Positions 11,871 through 23,480 of a stretch of DNA of 64,000 nucleotides are shown here, one piece after another. The notes beneath the pieces are model-generated. The model saw only the letters and a list, made by a program, of their open reading frames with translations, searched no databases and was not told where the DNA came from. A program made the translations under genes and the position numbers. This DNA is from the human T2T-CHM13v2.0 reference genome, Homo sapiens: the NCBI RefSeq assembly GCF_009914755.1, contig NC_060935.1. One strand, 5' to 3'. Numbering within the stretch: the stretch's first letter is position 1; every line of letters starts with the position of its first letter.

Positions 11871-13599
11871 ATACTGTGTTAACATTTAATTGTTGAGGGA
11901 GGTGTCTATGATTTTCTTCTTCAGAAAAGGTGGAGACTCCAGTTTGGGAATGTAACCTGCCACTAGGTCAGTAGGGTGTCTTTGAATGGCTCAGGGGCTG
12001 CTACTGGGGGAAATATCTCACAGAATCTCAGGGACCATGTGTCAGCTGCCCCTGAGCACTAAGCCAGATCTGCCCCCTCGACCTCATTCTCCACACCACA
12101 GGCTGGAAGACCCAAGAGGCTGGAATGTCCCCTTGGCCAAGGATGTTCTCCCTCAGAGCTGCCCCTCCTTCCATTCCCCATCTCAGGAAATGCTCAGACA
12201 TGCTCTGTCTGAACACTGGGACTGATCTGTGCAAGCTTTCTTTAATCTCTCCCATCGAATCCATCCCTAAGACCTGTCTCCTATTCCTTCCCAGTACGTT
12301 CTGAATCTGAATGGTTTTCATCACTTCCGCCATTTCCACTCAGTCCCAGCCAACACATCACCATGCAGTAGCCATAGAATTACTCCCCTGCTGCTATTCT
12401 CAACTCCACAGTTTATTCCCCATGGAGCAGAGATCTATTCATTTGTTTACTTCTCATGTTATAGAATATTTTAGTGACAGGAAATTGGTGGAATGAAATG
12501 CTAGATGAAAAGAGCCAGATACAAAATGGAATAAAAAGTACCATCAAAATATGAACATATGTATAGAAAAAAAAGCCTAGAGGGAAACACATGGGTATTT
12601 TAAGAGCAGTTATCTCTGAGTAGTAGAATTATGAACGGATTATATTTTCTTCCTTATACTGTTCAGTATTTTACAAAAACTCTACAGTGAACACGGACAG
12701 TCATTAAAAAAAAGTGAATAAGAAAAATGTTGAGAGACCAAGGAAGCGGTACTAATGATGAGCAAATTTAGTTGAGCAGATTTAAGTTTTTTAACTTAAA
12801 AATGAAATTAAAATTGGATTCAACTCACTTTTACTGATCACCTCTTGCATCTCAGTCACTGTGCTATGTGCTTTTCCCGTGCTTTATTTCTGCAAGGAAG
12901 GATTTTTGCTGGTTTTGTAGATAAGAAAATGAATTTGGAGAGATTAAATGGTTTGTCCCAGGTCTGCAGACAGTTCATCCCAGGCCCTTTCCACTCCCCT
13001 ACCACTGTCTGGTCTTGCCCCAAGGGCTGGCATTCAAGCAGACCCCAGGAGAATTCCTGGGGACAGGGGCTGCTGAGCAAAGATGGTGGGAGTGAAATTA
13101 CTAGCTCAATAAGGGGAGAAAACAGACATTCAATGTAAATCAAGCGACTAGAGTACCGTTTTATTTATATTCAAGATGTATTTAAAGTTGAAACTTATTG
13201 GCAAAGTGGATTTAATAATCACGAGTAAAAGCAGCATAAAGTTAAACCTTGGCTTGTTCCGCTTTCTTGCCCTATAAAAACAAAGCCCCAAGCTCTGGGG
13301 TTGACGCGTCTGGCAAGAGCTGGGCTAAGTTCTGGCACATCTGCAGAAAGTCCCACCTACTGAGGGGAAGGGGAGAAGAGGAGGGAAAATGAGAGGGGCA
13401 CTTGTAATTTCTTTTGGCACTCCAGAGAGACTAATCTTTTAGAAACAAAACCCCTTCCCATTACGCTTAGGATAACATCCACGTGTCAGGTCCCCAAGGT
13501 CTGGCCCTGCCTATTTCACCAACCCCCTTTCTTCCCTTTCGGCACTTTGGCACTCAGCCCTGTCTCACCTGCCTCTCCCTGTCCCAGAGAACTTGCTTC

Positions 13600-14020
13600 T
13601 TCCTCAGATCTTTACCCTGCAAGCTCCCTCTCATTTATCTGATTTTAGCTGAAATATAGAAAGCCTTCTTTGATGACTTCATCTAAGATACCCCTCCCTC
13701 ATTCCATCACAAACTTTTATGAGCAGAACTTTTTATTATATAGTATTGTATTCAAAGAATATATGTAAAGAATAGGTATGTTATAACACATAATGCAATG
13801 AACACTATGAACGTGTCAGCCAACTCCAGATCTAGAATATTAACAATACCCGATTTATTTTTTGCATAGTACTTATTACTATCTAAAATTATATTATGTG
13901 TGCATTTATATGTATTTATTTTGTCATCCCTACTGAAATGTAAGCTCTGATGTCGGTCTTGTTTATTGCTATATCCCCCGGAGCTTAGAATAGTGCCTAG
14001 AAAACAAATATTCACGAATA
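13600..14020 (+). mobile_element. L2 3' end (interrupted)
   Basis: 'aaatgtaagctc...cttgtttattgctatatccccc...agaatagtgcctag...aaatattc'. Confidence 0.65.
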
Positions 14021-15859
14021 GAAGATGAAGCAGAAAGGTCAGAGCAGTGCGGGGAGTGGTGGTGGTTGGCCTTTTGCTGTCTCCAAGCAGAGATCCATGA
14101 GCCCCTGGACACGGCTGCTCCTTCCCCGTGTTTCTTCAAAGTCTAGTTGATGTGCTGTTGTGTAATGTGGAGTACAAGGTCCAGTTACACAGACAAAAGC
14201 ACACAAGACTCTTGCCGTTTCAGACTCAGTTTCTGTCTCTGGTAAAATAGAGACAGTAATACCTACTTGCAGGATACCTGAGTTAGAGATACAAACATTC
14301 TCACCTCCCTTCACCCTCATATGATCTGAGGGGCAGGACCAATCAGTGAAGGGGTGCTGCTGGCAGCTGACGGCTTCAGACCTGGAAAGAGAAAGAGAGA
14401 CAGACAGGCTCCGGGTTGCAGGAGTGAGGTCGACAGAGACCCAGGCCACTCTGAAAACCATGGGGGAATATCTGTCCCCACAGTAGCAGATATTTAAGCC
14501 TCCAACTGGGTCCGTGAGGCTAGGACCAGGCCCCCAGAGCAGTGAGATCTCCTGGCCTGGGCACTGCCTCCCTAAAAGAGGTGGGAAATTTCTCAGGGAA
14601 CAAACACATGGTCTCGGTGCATGAGTGGAGAATGTTAAGTCCCTGATAAGAGAAATGAAATCTCTTTTCTCTTCAGTGAATCAGGGACAGACTTAAGTAG
14701 AATCTCGGTGTTTTTCTCCAGTACAAGTGCCCTGATTGAGCCGGTCTGTCCCCATATTATGTCCAAACATTCTTCAATGCCCCTCTTTGCCTGATAGGTT
14801 AATTAATTAAGTAATTCAACCAACATTCACAAAGCAGCCAATATGTGTCAGGAAGCCTAACACAGACTTTGGGATTAGAAGATCCATAGATACTTGAGAG
14901 GTTTCCAGGCCAAGAGGAAAATAAGCAGATGCACAACAGTGACCTCTGCATTAGCCCGAGAAGGGTAGAGCCCAGGGGAGGGAACTGCCAGGTTGGCTGA
15001 AGCTGAGGGCAGAGTGGGGGTGAGCAGGTGGGAAAAGGAGTTGCATTGAGCCTAAAAGAAGATGGAGAGACAGCACAACAGTACAGACTGAGCTGTGGAT
15101 GGTGAAAAATAGGAACTGCGAGGACATGTGGCAGGAGGGAAAGGGAGTCCTTTTGTGGATGTGGGCTGGAGCCATATCCTGAAGACTTTGCTTCCTATGT
15201 CCTGAAGGCAGCAGAGCAGCATAAACCGGGAGGTCAGGGAAGATGTTCCTGAGGAACTGACAAATGAGGCATGCACTGAAGGACCTGTGGGAGATGGATG
15301 GGTAAAGGAGTGGGGGTGGGGATCTCGGCAGACAGTGGGGACAGCATGATCAAAGGCCCTAGTGTACCGTGGAACCTCTTGAAAAGCTTCATCCCCGTAG
15401 GCCCTCCCAAGGGGTAATAGGGGAGGGCGGGGTAAGAAAGGCAGCCCAGGAATTCAGTCCCAACCTCCCTTGGCCCTTGGAAGCAAGCGTAGGACAAGTA
15501 ACAGCTTTGCTTCTTTCCTTAGTACCTCAGTCCTATTACTCTTCCTCTTCTTCCCCCTTATGACAAACCCCCTGCAAGTGTTTTCTGTTGGAGATGGCAA
15601 GAGGAGCAAGGGTGTTACCTAGCCCACCTCAACTGCTACCCTACTCAGTTTGAAAGCTCTGTCTGTTCCCCGTTTCTTTCACAGAAGGAAGGCTTCAACT
15701 AGGTTTATTCAATTACATCTAACTTGCGTAAGGTTATAGTGATAATTCGTTGATTGTTTTTCCTGATTTGGATTTAAGCCAAGAATTTAATTTTGTGTAA
15801 ATAATAGACACATTTAAAAAGTCAGAGCCCATTTAAGAAATAGACTTTACATATCTCAC

Positions 15860-16780
15860 CAAAAACATAAGTGGCAAAAGAAAAGAAAGATAAGATGACT
15901 TTATCAAAATTTAAAACTTCTGTGCTGTGAACATGTCATCAAGAAAGTAAAAAGACACCTCACAGAATGCAAGAAAATATTTGCAAATCATAACACTGAT
16001 AACAGACTTATATTCAAAATATGTAAAGAACTTTTACAAGTCATAATAAGGTAAAGGACTCAATAAGAAATGGCAAAAGACTTGAATAGGCATTTTGGCA
16101 AAGAAAATGTACAAATGGCCAATAAGCACATGCAAAGATGTTTAATATCATTAGTCATTAGAGAAATGCAAATCAAAACCATAATGAGATACCACTTCAC
16201 ACCCACTAGGATGACTCTCATAAAAAAGACATAATAAGAAGTGTTGGTGGGGGTGTGGAGAAATTGGAACCCTCATACCTTGCCAGTGGGGATGTAAAAT
16301 GGTACAGCAGCTTTGATAAACAGTGTAACATTTCCTTAAAATGTTAAACACAGAGCAACCATGTGACCTAGCCATTTCACTCCTAGGTATAAGGTGTACC
16401 CAAGAGAAATAAAAACATACGTTCACACAGAAACTTATACATGAATGTTCAAAGCAGCATCTTTTGTACTAGCCAAAAAATGGGAATAGCCCGAAGTCTA
16501 CCAACTGATTTCATTTATATGAAATGTCCAGAAAAGACAAATATATGAAGGCAAAGTTTCATCATTTCCTTTAATGGGGAGAGGGGGCCAATGGGAGGAA
16601 ATAGAGATTGACTACTAATGGGCATGGGGTTTCTTTTAAGAGAGATGAAAATGTTCTAAAATTAGATTGTGGTGATGGTTATATAACCTTGTGAATATTC
16701 AGAAAAACCCATTGAACTGTATACTTTAAGTGGGCGAATTGTATACTATGTGAATTATACCTTAATAAACCTGTTAGAAA
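15860..16780 (+). mobile_element. L1MB-type 3' fragment with internal deletion
   Basis: ORF2 end motifs ('gaaatgcaaatcaaaaccataatgagataccacttcacacccactaggatg') and L1MB 3' UTR ending 'tgtgaattataccttaataaa'. Confidence 0.9.
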
Positions 16781-16979
16781 ACAAAAGAAGCAAGCTAATG
16801 ACCCAGAGTCGATCAATCAATATTGTCAGAGTCTGCCATGTAAAGTAAATTTACCCAGATTCTTGGCATAGTAAGCAAGTCAGGCAGAGGAAACTTCCTG
16901 AATGGAAAAGTATGGCAATAATAATAATAATAGTCACATTATTAACAGTAATAACTCAGATCGATATGATCTTTATGGT

Positions 16980-17180
16980 TAACAAACACTTTCTTATTTA
17001 TTTGATTAAATCCTTCCACTCACTTGAATCATACGAGGGAGGCATCATTACACACATCCTGCACCTGAAGGAACTGAGGCTCAGAGAGTTTAAGAGCAAG
17101 TGAGATCACCAGATTGTAAATGCTAGGCTGGGAGTAGAGCCCTGCCTCCAAATCTGGTGTCACTCCACCAAGCCTGAGAG
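16980..17180 (-). mobile_element. MIR SINE
   Basis: 'gaaggaactgaggctcagagagtttaag' antisense MIR core. Confidence 0.6.
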
Positions 17181-18381
17181 GGCAAGGGGCCATGTTCAGT
17201 CTTGTTTATGCTGATATCCCCTGTGCCTGGCAGGATGAATGAATAGATGAATGAGTAGGAAACTGCCACTTTTTGAACTCTGCAACCAGGTAATGCAAAG
17301 TGGGCTCCAGCTCCTCCTAGAAAAAGAGAGACCAGAAAGGACATGTTGGAGAAAATGTGCACCACAGGGTTGCAACATCACAGGCACTGGCCAGGAGCTC
17401 AGTCCAGATGTAACACCGATTTCGATCCCTGTACAGATTGAAGGGACCAAGCCAGGGAATATCTCAGAACAGAAGGCTTCCTATTTCTAGCTGCCTTGTG
17501 CATTGTCCTCAGCCAACCGATGCCCTACTGGGATGGAACTAGGGGCACCCAGATCGCCTCAGCCCCATCTCTAGACTCCTGCCATCTTGAATTCTTTGTC
17601 AACATTTCCACCCCAGAGGGAAGCTGCAGCCCTCAAGCCTGGGGACTTCCAATAGCCAGTTTGTGCTGAACAGGCACTATGAAGAAGCTATTATAGGATC
17701 CCACAAAGAAGATACAGTCTCACACAGCCACAAGTGTCTACTGCTGGAACTTGAAGGGGACAGAGATGGCTTGTTTTCTGTCTCTATGGAGGGCTCGCCC
17801 TTCTGCCTAACATGCTGAGTTGGCTGATGGTTGAGTTTGATAGGCTGTGTTTCACATGGTAGTGGAGGAAGAAGCAAAGATGCTCTTTTGCTGAGGTTTC
17901 CTTATTCACGGGCCAGAAATTATGGAGCCAGATGTTCTGGAAGGAGACTTGGATTTGGAAACACACCAACCTGAGTAAAAAAACCATTTCTGGCATTTAC
18001 CCTGGTGCCTCTGTGAGCCCAAGTTCCTCATCTACCAAATGAAAATCTCACAGGGCTGTAGTGAGAGAAGTAACTTACGCAAGGCCCATAGTCAGTAAAT
18101 GGACAGAGCTTGGACTTGACCCCAGGAGTCTTGACTCCGCTTCCATAAGGGCGCAGTGGGTAAGAGATGTGTAAACTGCACACAGAAGCACTGGTCGTGA
18201 TAACTGCAGATGCCTCCTGCCAGGGGTGGAGGCTAGGAAGGAGGAATGGGAGCAGACGAGGTTTGTGTTTCCCATTGGTCAGGGCAGAGTGTGCGCTCCA
18301 TGCCCTTAAGAGAGTCCATGGCCTAGAAGAGTTCTTACTTTGCAGACTTGGCCACAGGAGAGGCTGGGCTCTGGCTCTGGC

Positions 18382-18448
18382 TGTACACCTTAAATGTATA
18401 TGGTTCTTATTTGTCAATTATACCCCAGTAAAGCAGGGGGTGGGGAGG
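18382..18448 (+). mobile_element. Isolated L1MA(9-like) 3' terminus
   Basis: 'tgtacaccttaaatgtatatggttcttatttgtcaattataccccagtaaagc' matches the L1MA9-type 3' end; followed by candidate TSD aagaaaggaatca (18449-18461). Confidence 0.7.
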
Positions 18449-18721
18449 AAGAAAGGAATCACCTGGAGATGCTGCTCAAATGAGCATTCTTCCCAAGCAC
18501 ATCCTTGGCCTGGCTCCTTCCACAGTCCTTCCATTTTGCAACCATTGCAGCATTTGGGCCATACCAGGAAGGGATGGGAAGCAAACAGTGACCCTGTTCC
18601 CCCAACGTGGTCCATCTGGATTCTTTATGTCTAAATCACACTTTGTTCCTTTGGCGATTCTGTTTGGAAGGCCACGTGGAACTGAATGTCTTACTTTCCT
18701 TCTCTGGGCTGTTAACCAAGG

Positions 18722-20424
18722 AACAAGCCACAATATTCCCTTAAACTAAAGCCTAATACAGAGCAAAGTTCTAAATCTCTTCAAGTCTATGAAGGCTGAG
18801 AGAGGTAAGAAATCTGCAGAAGAAGAGTTTGAAGCTAGTAGAGGTTGGTTCATGAGGTTTAGGGAAAGAAGCCATCTCCATAACAAAAAGTCCAAGGTGA
18901 AGCAGCAAGTGCTGATGTAGAAGCCACAGTGAGTTATCCAGAAGATCTAGTTAAGATCACTGATGAAGGTGGCTATACTAAACAACAGATTTTCAATCCA
19001 GATGAAACAGCCTACTGTTGGAACAAGATGCCATCTAGGACTTCATAGTGAGGGAAGAGAAGTCAATGCCTGGCTTCAAAGCTTCAAAGGATAGGCTGAC
19101 TCTCTTATTGAGGCTAATGAAGCTGGTGACTTTAAATTGAAGCCAATCCTCTTTTACCATTTTGACCATCCTAGGGCCCTTAAGAATTATGCAAAATCTA
19201 CTCTACCTGTGCTCTATAAATGGAACAACAAAGCCTGAATGACAGCACATCTGTTTATAGCATGGTTTACTAAATATTTTAAGCCCAGCTTTAAGACATA
19301 CTGCTCAGGAAAAAAAAGATTCCTTTCCAAATATTACTTCTGATTGACAGTGCACCTGGTCACACAAGAGCTCTGCTCAAGATGTACAGGGAGATTAATG
19401 TAATTTTCATGCCTGCTGACAAAACATCCATTCTGTAGCCCATGGATCAAAGAGAAATTTCAACTTTCAAGTCTTATTATTGAAGAAATACCTTACATAG
19501 GGCTATAGCTGTCATAGATAGCCATTCCTCTGATGAATCTGAGCAAAATAAATTGAAAACCTTCTCGAAAGTATTTGCCATTCTAATTGCCATTAAGAAC
19601 ATTGATGATTCATGTGGGGAGATTAAAATATCAATTAACAGGAGTTTGGAAGAAGTTGATTCCAACCCCCATGGTTGACTTTGAGGGGGTCAAGACTTCA
19701 ATAAAAAAAGTAACTGCAGATGTGCTGGAAATAGCATCAACTAGAATTAGAAGTGGAGCCTGAAGATGGGACTGAATTGCTGCAATCTCATTATTACATT
19801 TGAACAGATGAGGAATTGCTTTTTATGGATGAGCAAAGAAAGTTGCTTCTTGAGATAAAATCTACTCCTGGTGAAGATGCTGTGAACACTGTTGAAATGA
19901 CAACAACGGATTTAGAATATTCCATAAACTTAGTTGATAAAGCAGTGGCAGGGTTTGAGAGGACTGACTCTAATTTTGAAATAAGTTCTGCTGCAGATAA
20001 AATGCTATCAAACAACACAGCATGCTACAGAGAAATCTTCCCTAATAGAAAGAGTCAATTGATGCAGCAAACTTCATTGTTGCCTTATTTTAAGCAATTC
20101 CCACAGCAACTCCAATCTTCAGCAACTACCACCCTGATCAATCAGCAGCCATCAACATTAAGGCAAGACCCTCCATCAGCAAAAAGGTTACAACTTGCTA
20201 GAGGCTCAGATGATCCTTAGCAATTTTTAGCAATAAAGTATTTTAAAATTACAGTATGTACATTTTTTAGACATAATGCTATTCCACACTTAATAGAATA
20301 CAGCATAATGTAAGTGTAATTTTATACGTACTAGAAAATAAAAAAAATTGTACTTGCTTTATTGTGATAATCACTTATTGTGGTGGTCTGGAATCAAACC
20401 TGCAACGGCTCTGAGGTATGTCTT
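18722..20424 (+). mobile_element. Tigger1 DNA transposon, 5'-truncated, with decayed transposase
   Basis: Continuous Tigger1-like sequence ('gaagctagtagaggttggttcatgaggtttagggaaagaagcc', 'gatgaaacagcc'); ORF 19816-20220 is the transposase C-terminal remnant; 3' TIR 'ctctgaggtatgtctt' followed by TA; 5' TIR absent. Confidence 0.95.
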
Positions 20425-21239
20425 TATAAGTGAGCTCATGGGGTATTTGTCATTATATGCCTGGCTTATGCTGAAGCATAATATCCTTTAGGTCTATCCA
20501 TGTTGCCGCAAATGGCAGGATTTCCTTCTCTTTAAAGACTAAATGATATTTCGCTGCATATGTGTCTATAGATATCTATATATCTCTCATTTTCTTTATC
20601 CACTCAACCATTGATGAACACTTAGGTTGATTCTATATCTTTGCTATTGTGAAAAACGCAATGAGTACAGGATTGCAGATATGTCTTTTGAGATATTGAT
20701 TTCATTTCCTTTTTTAAATATCCAGAAGTGGGATTGCTGGATCATATAGTAGTTCTGTTTTTAATTTTTAAAGGAATCTCTGTGCTGTTTCCCACAATAG
20801 CTGTACCAATTTATATTCCCACCAACAGTGCACAAGGGCTCCCTTTCCTCCACAGCCTCACCAATACTTATCTTTCATCTTTCTCATGATTGCCATCCTA
20901 ACAGGTGTGAGATGATATCTCATGGTGGTTTTAATTTGCATTTCTCTAATGATTAGTGATGTTGAGCACTTTTTCATATACCTGCTGGCCATTTGTATGT
21001 CTTCTTTTGAGAAATGTCTATTCGCATCTTTTAGGCATTTTTAAATTGGATTATTGGAGTTTTTTCGCACTTGAGTCATTTGAGTACCTTACTATTTTGG
21101 ATATTAACCCCATTATCAGATGTATCACTTGCAAATATTTTCTCCAGTTCTCTAGGTTGCCTGCTCACTCTGTTGATTGTTTCTTGGGCTGTGCAGAAGC
21201 TTTTCAGTTTGATGCAATCCCATTTGTATGTTTTCGCTC
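20425..21239 (-). mobile_element. L1MA(8-10-like) fragment lacking its 3' tip
   Basis: Antisense L1 ORF2 end and 3' UTR ('tataagtgag…gtatttgtc', 'aaatggcaggatttccttc', 'ttttaatttgcatttctctaatgattagtgatgttgagcac'). Confidence 0.92.
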
Positions 21240-21489
21240 TGACTTCTTTCTTGATGGCAATCTACTCAAAGAAGGACGCCGACTTCAAACACTGTGAACC
21301 CAAGATGGTCTGTACAGACCTGCACTGAGTTCTTTGTCATATATGGGGAGGATTTAACTATGTCTTGGATGAGTCTTAGAAGGAGAAGGAGGACTGGGAA
21401 TTGTTGGGGGAATTAAAGACAAGGTAAGGAAAAAGCCAGCTGGGAGTGTGAGAGTAAATTAACAATAGTAATAGTGATAATCATGACAC

Positions 21490-21650
21490 CTCATTTAATT
21501 GAACACTTACTATGTGCCAGACCCTGCTGTAGGAGCTACATATGTTACTTAAATGTTAACATATCCCTCCTCCTATCATCATCCTCATTTTGCAGATGAA
21601 GCAACTGGCTGATAAATTTCTTGATGTGCCAGTAACAGAATTGAACGTAC
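21490..21650 (-). mobile_element. MIR SINE
   Basis: 'ttgaacacttactatgtgccagac…cctcattttgcagatgaagcaact'. Confidence 0.7.
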
Positions 21651-22069
21651 GTGTCACTCCAGTGCTCTAGAGACAGGTGTGAGGGGGGAGAACGTGGAAT
21701 TTAGAGCTGTCCTATCCTGGAGATCCCTCCCATGAGAGGAGCTGGCGTTTTTTTCTGGTTCTTGAATGAATCCGGTTGAGGCAGGAGGTACAGACTTCCT
21801 CAACCAGAGGGCCTGCCTCCCCAGCTCAGGCGTGAGCACCTCAAAGGCAGGGCCTCATCTGCCTGCTCTCTGGATCTGCCAGTGCGGCACCTAGCATGGA
21901 CCCAATCTGTGTTTGTCAATGAAGGTGATGAACACTATTAATACGATGTTGCCCTTTTCCTTGGGGAGTCTTTCTGAGGTGAACACGGTGATGTGTGTAG
22001 AGCATGTTACAGTTGACAAAGCACTTTCCCATCCAGTGTTCTGGAGGCCTCAGTGCCACACTAGACTCT

Positions 22070-22400
22070 CCACTCCTCCTCACTGCTGACCCCTAATGGG
22101 TGACCAAATCCAGCCATTTCTACCCTTAAAGTTGGACTCATCTGGTCCTTCCCCACTGCCACCCTCTACATCCAGGTCTCTTTATCTTCTTTCCACAACA
22201 TCTCTGTGACTTTTCTCCTCACTTCCCATTCTGTCTGGCACTAAGCCCCATTTTTCCATACAGTAGCCAGAGAGATCTTTCTGAAATAGAAATCTGTCCA
22301 GGTTTCTCCTCCCTGCCCTTAGGGGCAAGTCCAGCCTTGTCCACAGGGAATGAGCCCTTCTGCAATCCAATCCTCATTTCCTTGGTGCCCAGCTTCTCTT
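22070..22400 (+). mobile_element. L2 fragment
   Basis: 'cagtagccagagagatctttctgaaatagaaatctg' L2 motif. Confidence 0.6.
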
Positions 22401-22884
22401 TCTCTTACCAGGCCCCAACCCTTCACCCACCCCGTTCCCGGCCACAGTGCTGAGAGTGACCCATGATGCCGCATGCCTGAGTCATCTGGAGCTGCTGCGC
22501 ACATCAAAGGGCAGGAAAAGCAGGGCTCTGGTGGGACTTTCCATCCCTCCCTGCACGTCATCCCCCTGCCCGCACCAGCATGTTCTTCTCGCCTGGTGAT
22601 GTCACTGGCCTGGATGCATGTTGTGGCCAAAGCAATTGGCTCACATCAGGGCTCCAAGGTGGCATAGGAGGGAAATGGATGGGGATGGACGTCCTCCTGG
22701 TCTCACTTCAGAGAGATGATTACGGTGCAACAGAAGGTGAAGTAAGTCTTGGCACAGGGCACAATGGGGTGCTCAGGCCTCCCATTTTCTAGGTGCCACT
22801 AGGCCCTCAAAACCTCTTAAGTAACAAATGAACATGCAACCTTTGATAAACAATGTCACTAATAACAAACATAACACTTGTTAA

Positions 22885-23130
22885 ACAAAATACTTATATG
22901 GTACTGTCTTCACTTATATGGTACTGCTTCACTGTTGTAAGCAGCCCACATGACTTTATCTGATTTAATCCTCATACAATCCTGTGGGGAAGGTTACTAG
23001 TTATGATTCCCATCTTACAGACAAGAAAACTAAGGCACAAGAGAGGTTAACTCACTTGCCTAAAGCAACACAGCTAGTAAGTGGTTAAGCCAAGATTTGG
23101 CTCCTGAGTCTGTGCTCTTGACCTCTATGT
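22885..23130 (-). mobile_element. MIR SINE
   Basis: 'tttaatcctcatacaatcctgtggggaagg…cccatcttacagacaagaaaactaaggcacaagagaggttaa'. Confidence 0.8.
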
Positions 23131-23329
23131 TATTTTGACAATTTGCTAGAGTCAGGCCTGCCATCCTGCCAAAAGGAGTGTCTTCCTGCAACCCCACACT
23201 TATGGTGATTGAGAAGTGGCTGCAGAATAGAGATTCTGCAGTGTGCAGCTACAGTGTGGGTCTAGAGAGCCCCAGATGTGCCCTCTTGGCCTCGCCTTGC
23301 ATGTGCTGTTATTTAGTATTTCACCACTC

Positions 23330-23480
23330 TGAGTCCTCATACTATTTCTCAGTGAGGCTTTATTGTTCCCATTTTGTGGGTGAGCAAACTGAAACTCAGG
23401 AAGATTGCTGCAAGGCAATCCACAGCATTGCTGGGGTTTGAAACCAAGTCTGTCTATCCATAGAACCGGTGGCTTTTCCA
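23330..23480 (-). mobile_element. MIR SINE
   Basis: 'tattgttcccattttgtgggtgagcaaactgaaactcag'. Confidence 0.6.

Noticed and set aside
19816-20220. 134-aa transposase-like ORF (possible TIGD-like domesticated gene)
   Set aside because: The upstream Tigger1 frame has stops and frameshifts, and the DNA-binding 5' part is deleted.
21307-21320. 14-bp palindrome GGTCTGTACAGACC
   Set aside because: About four such palindromes are expected by chance per 64 kb.
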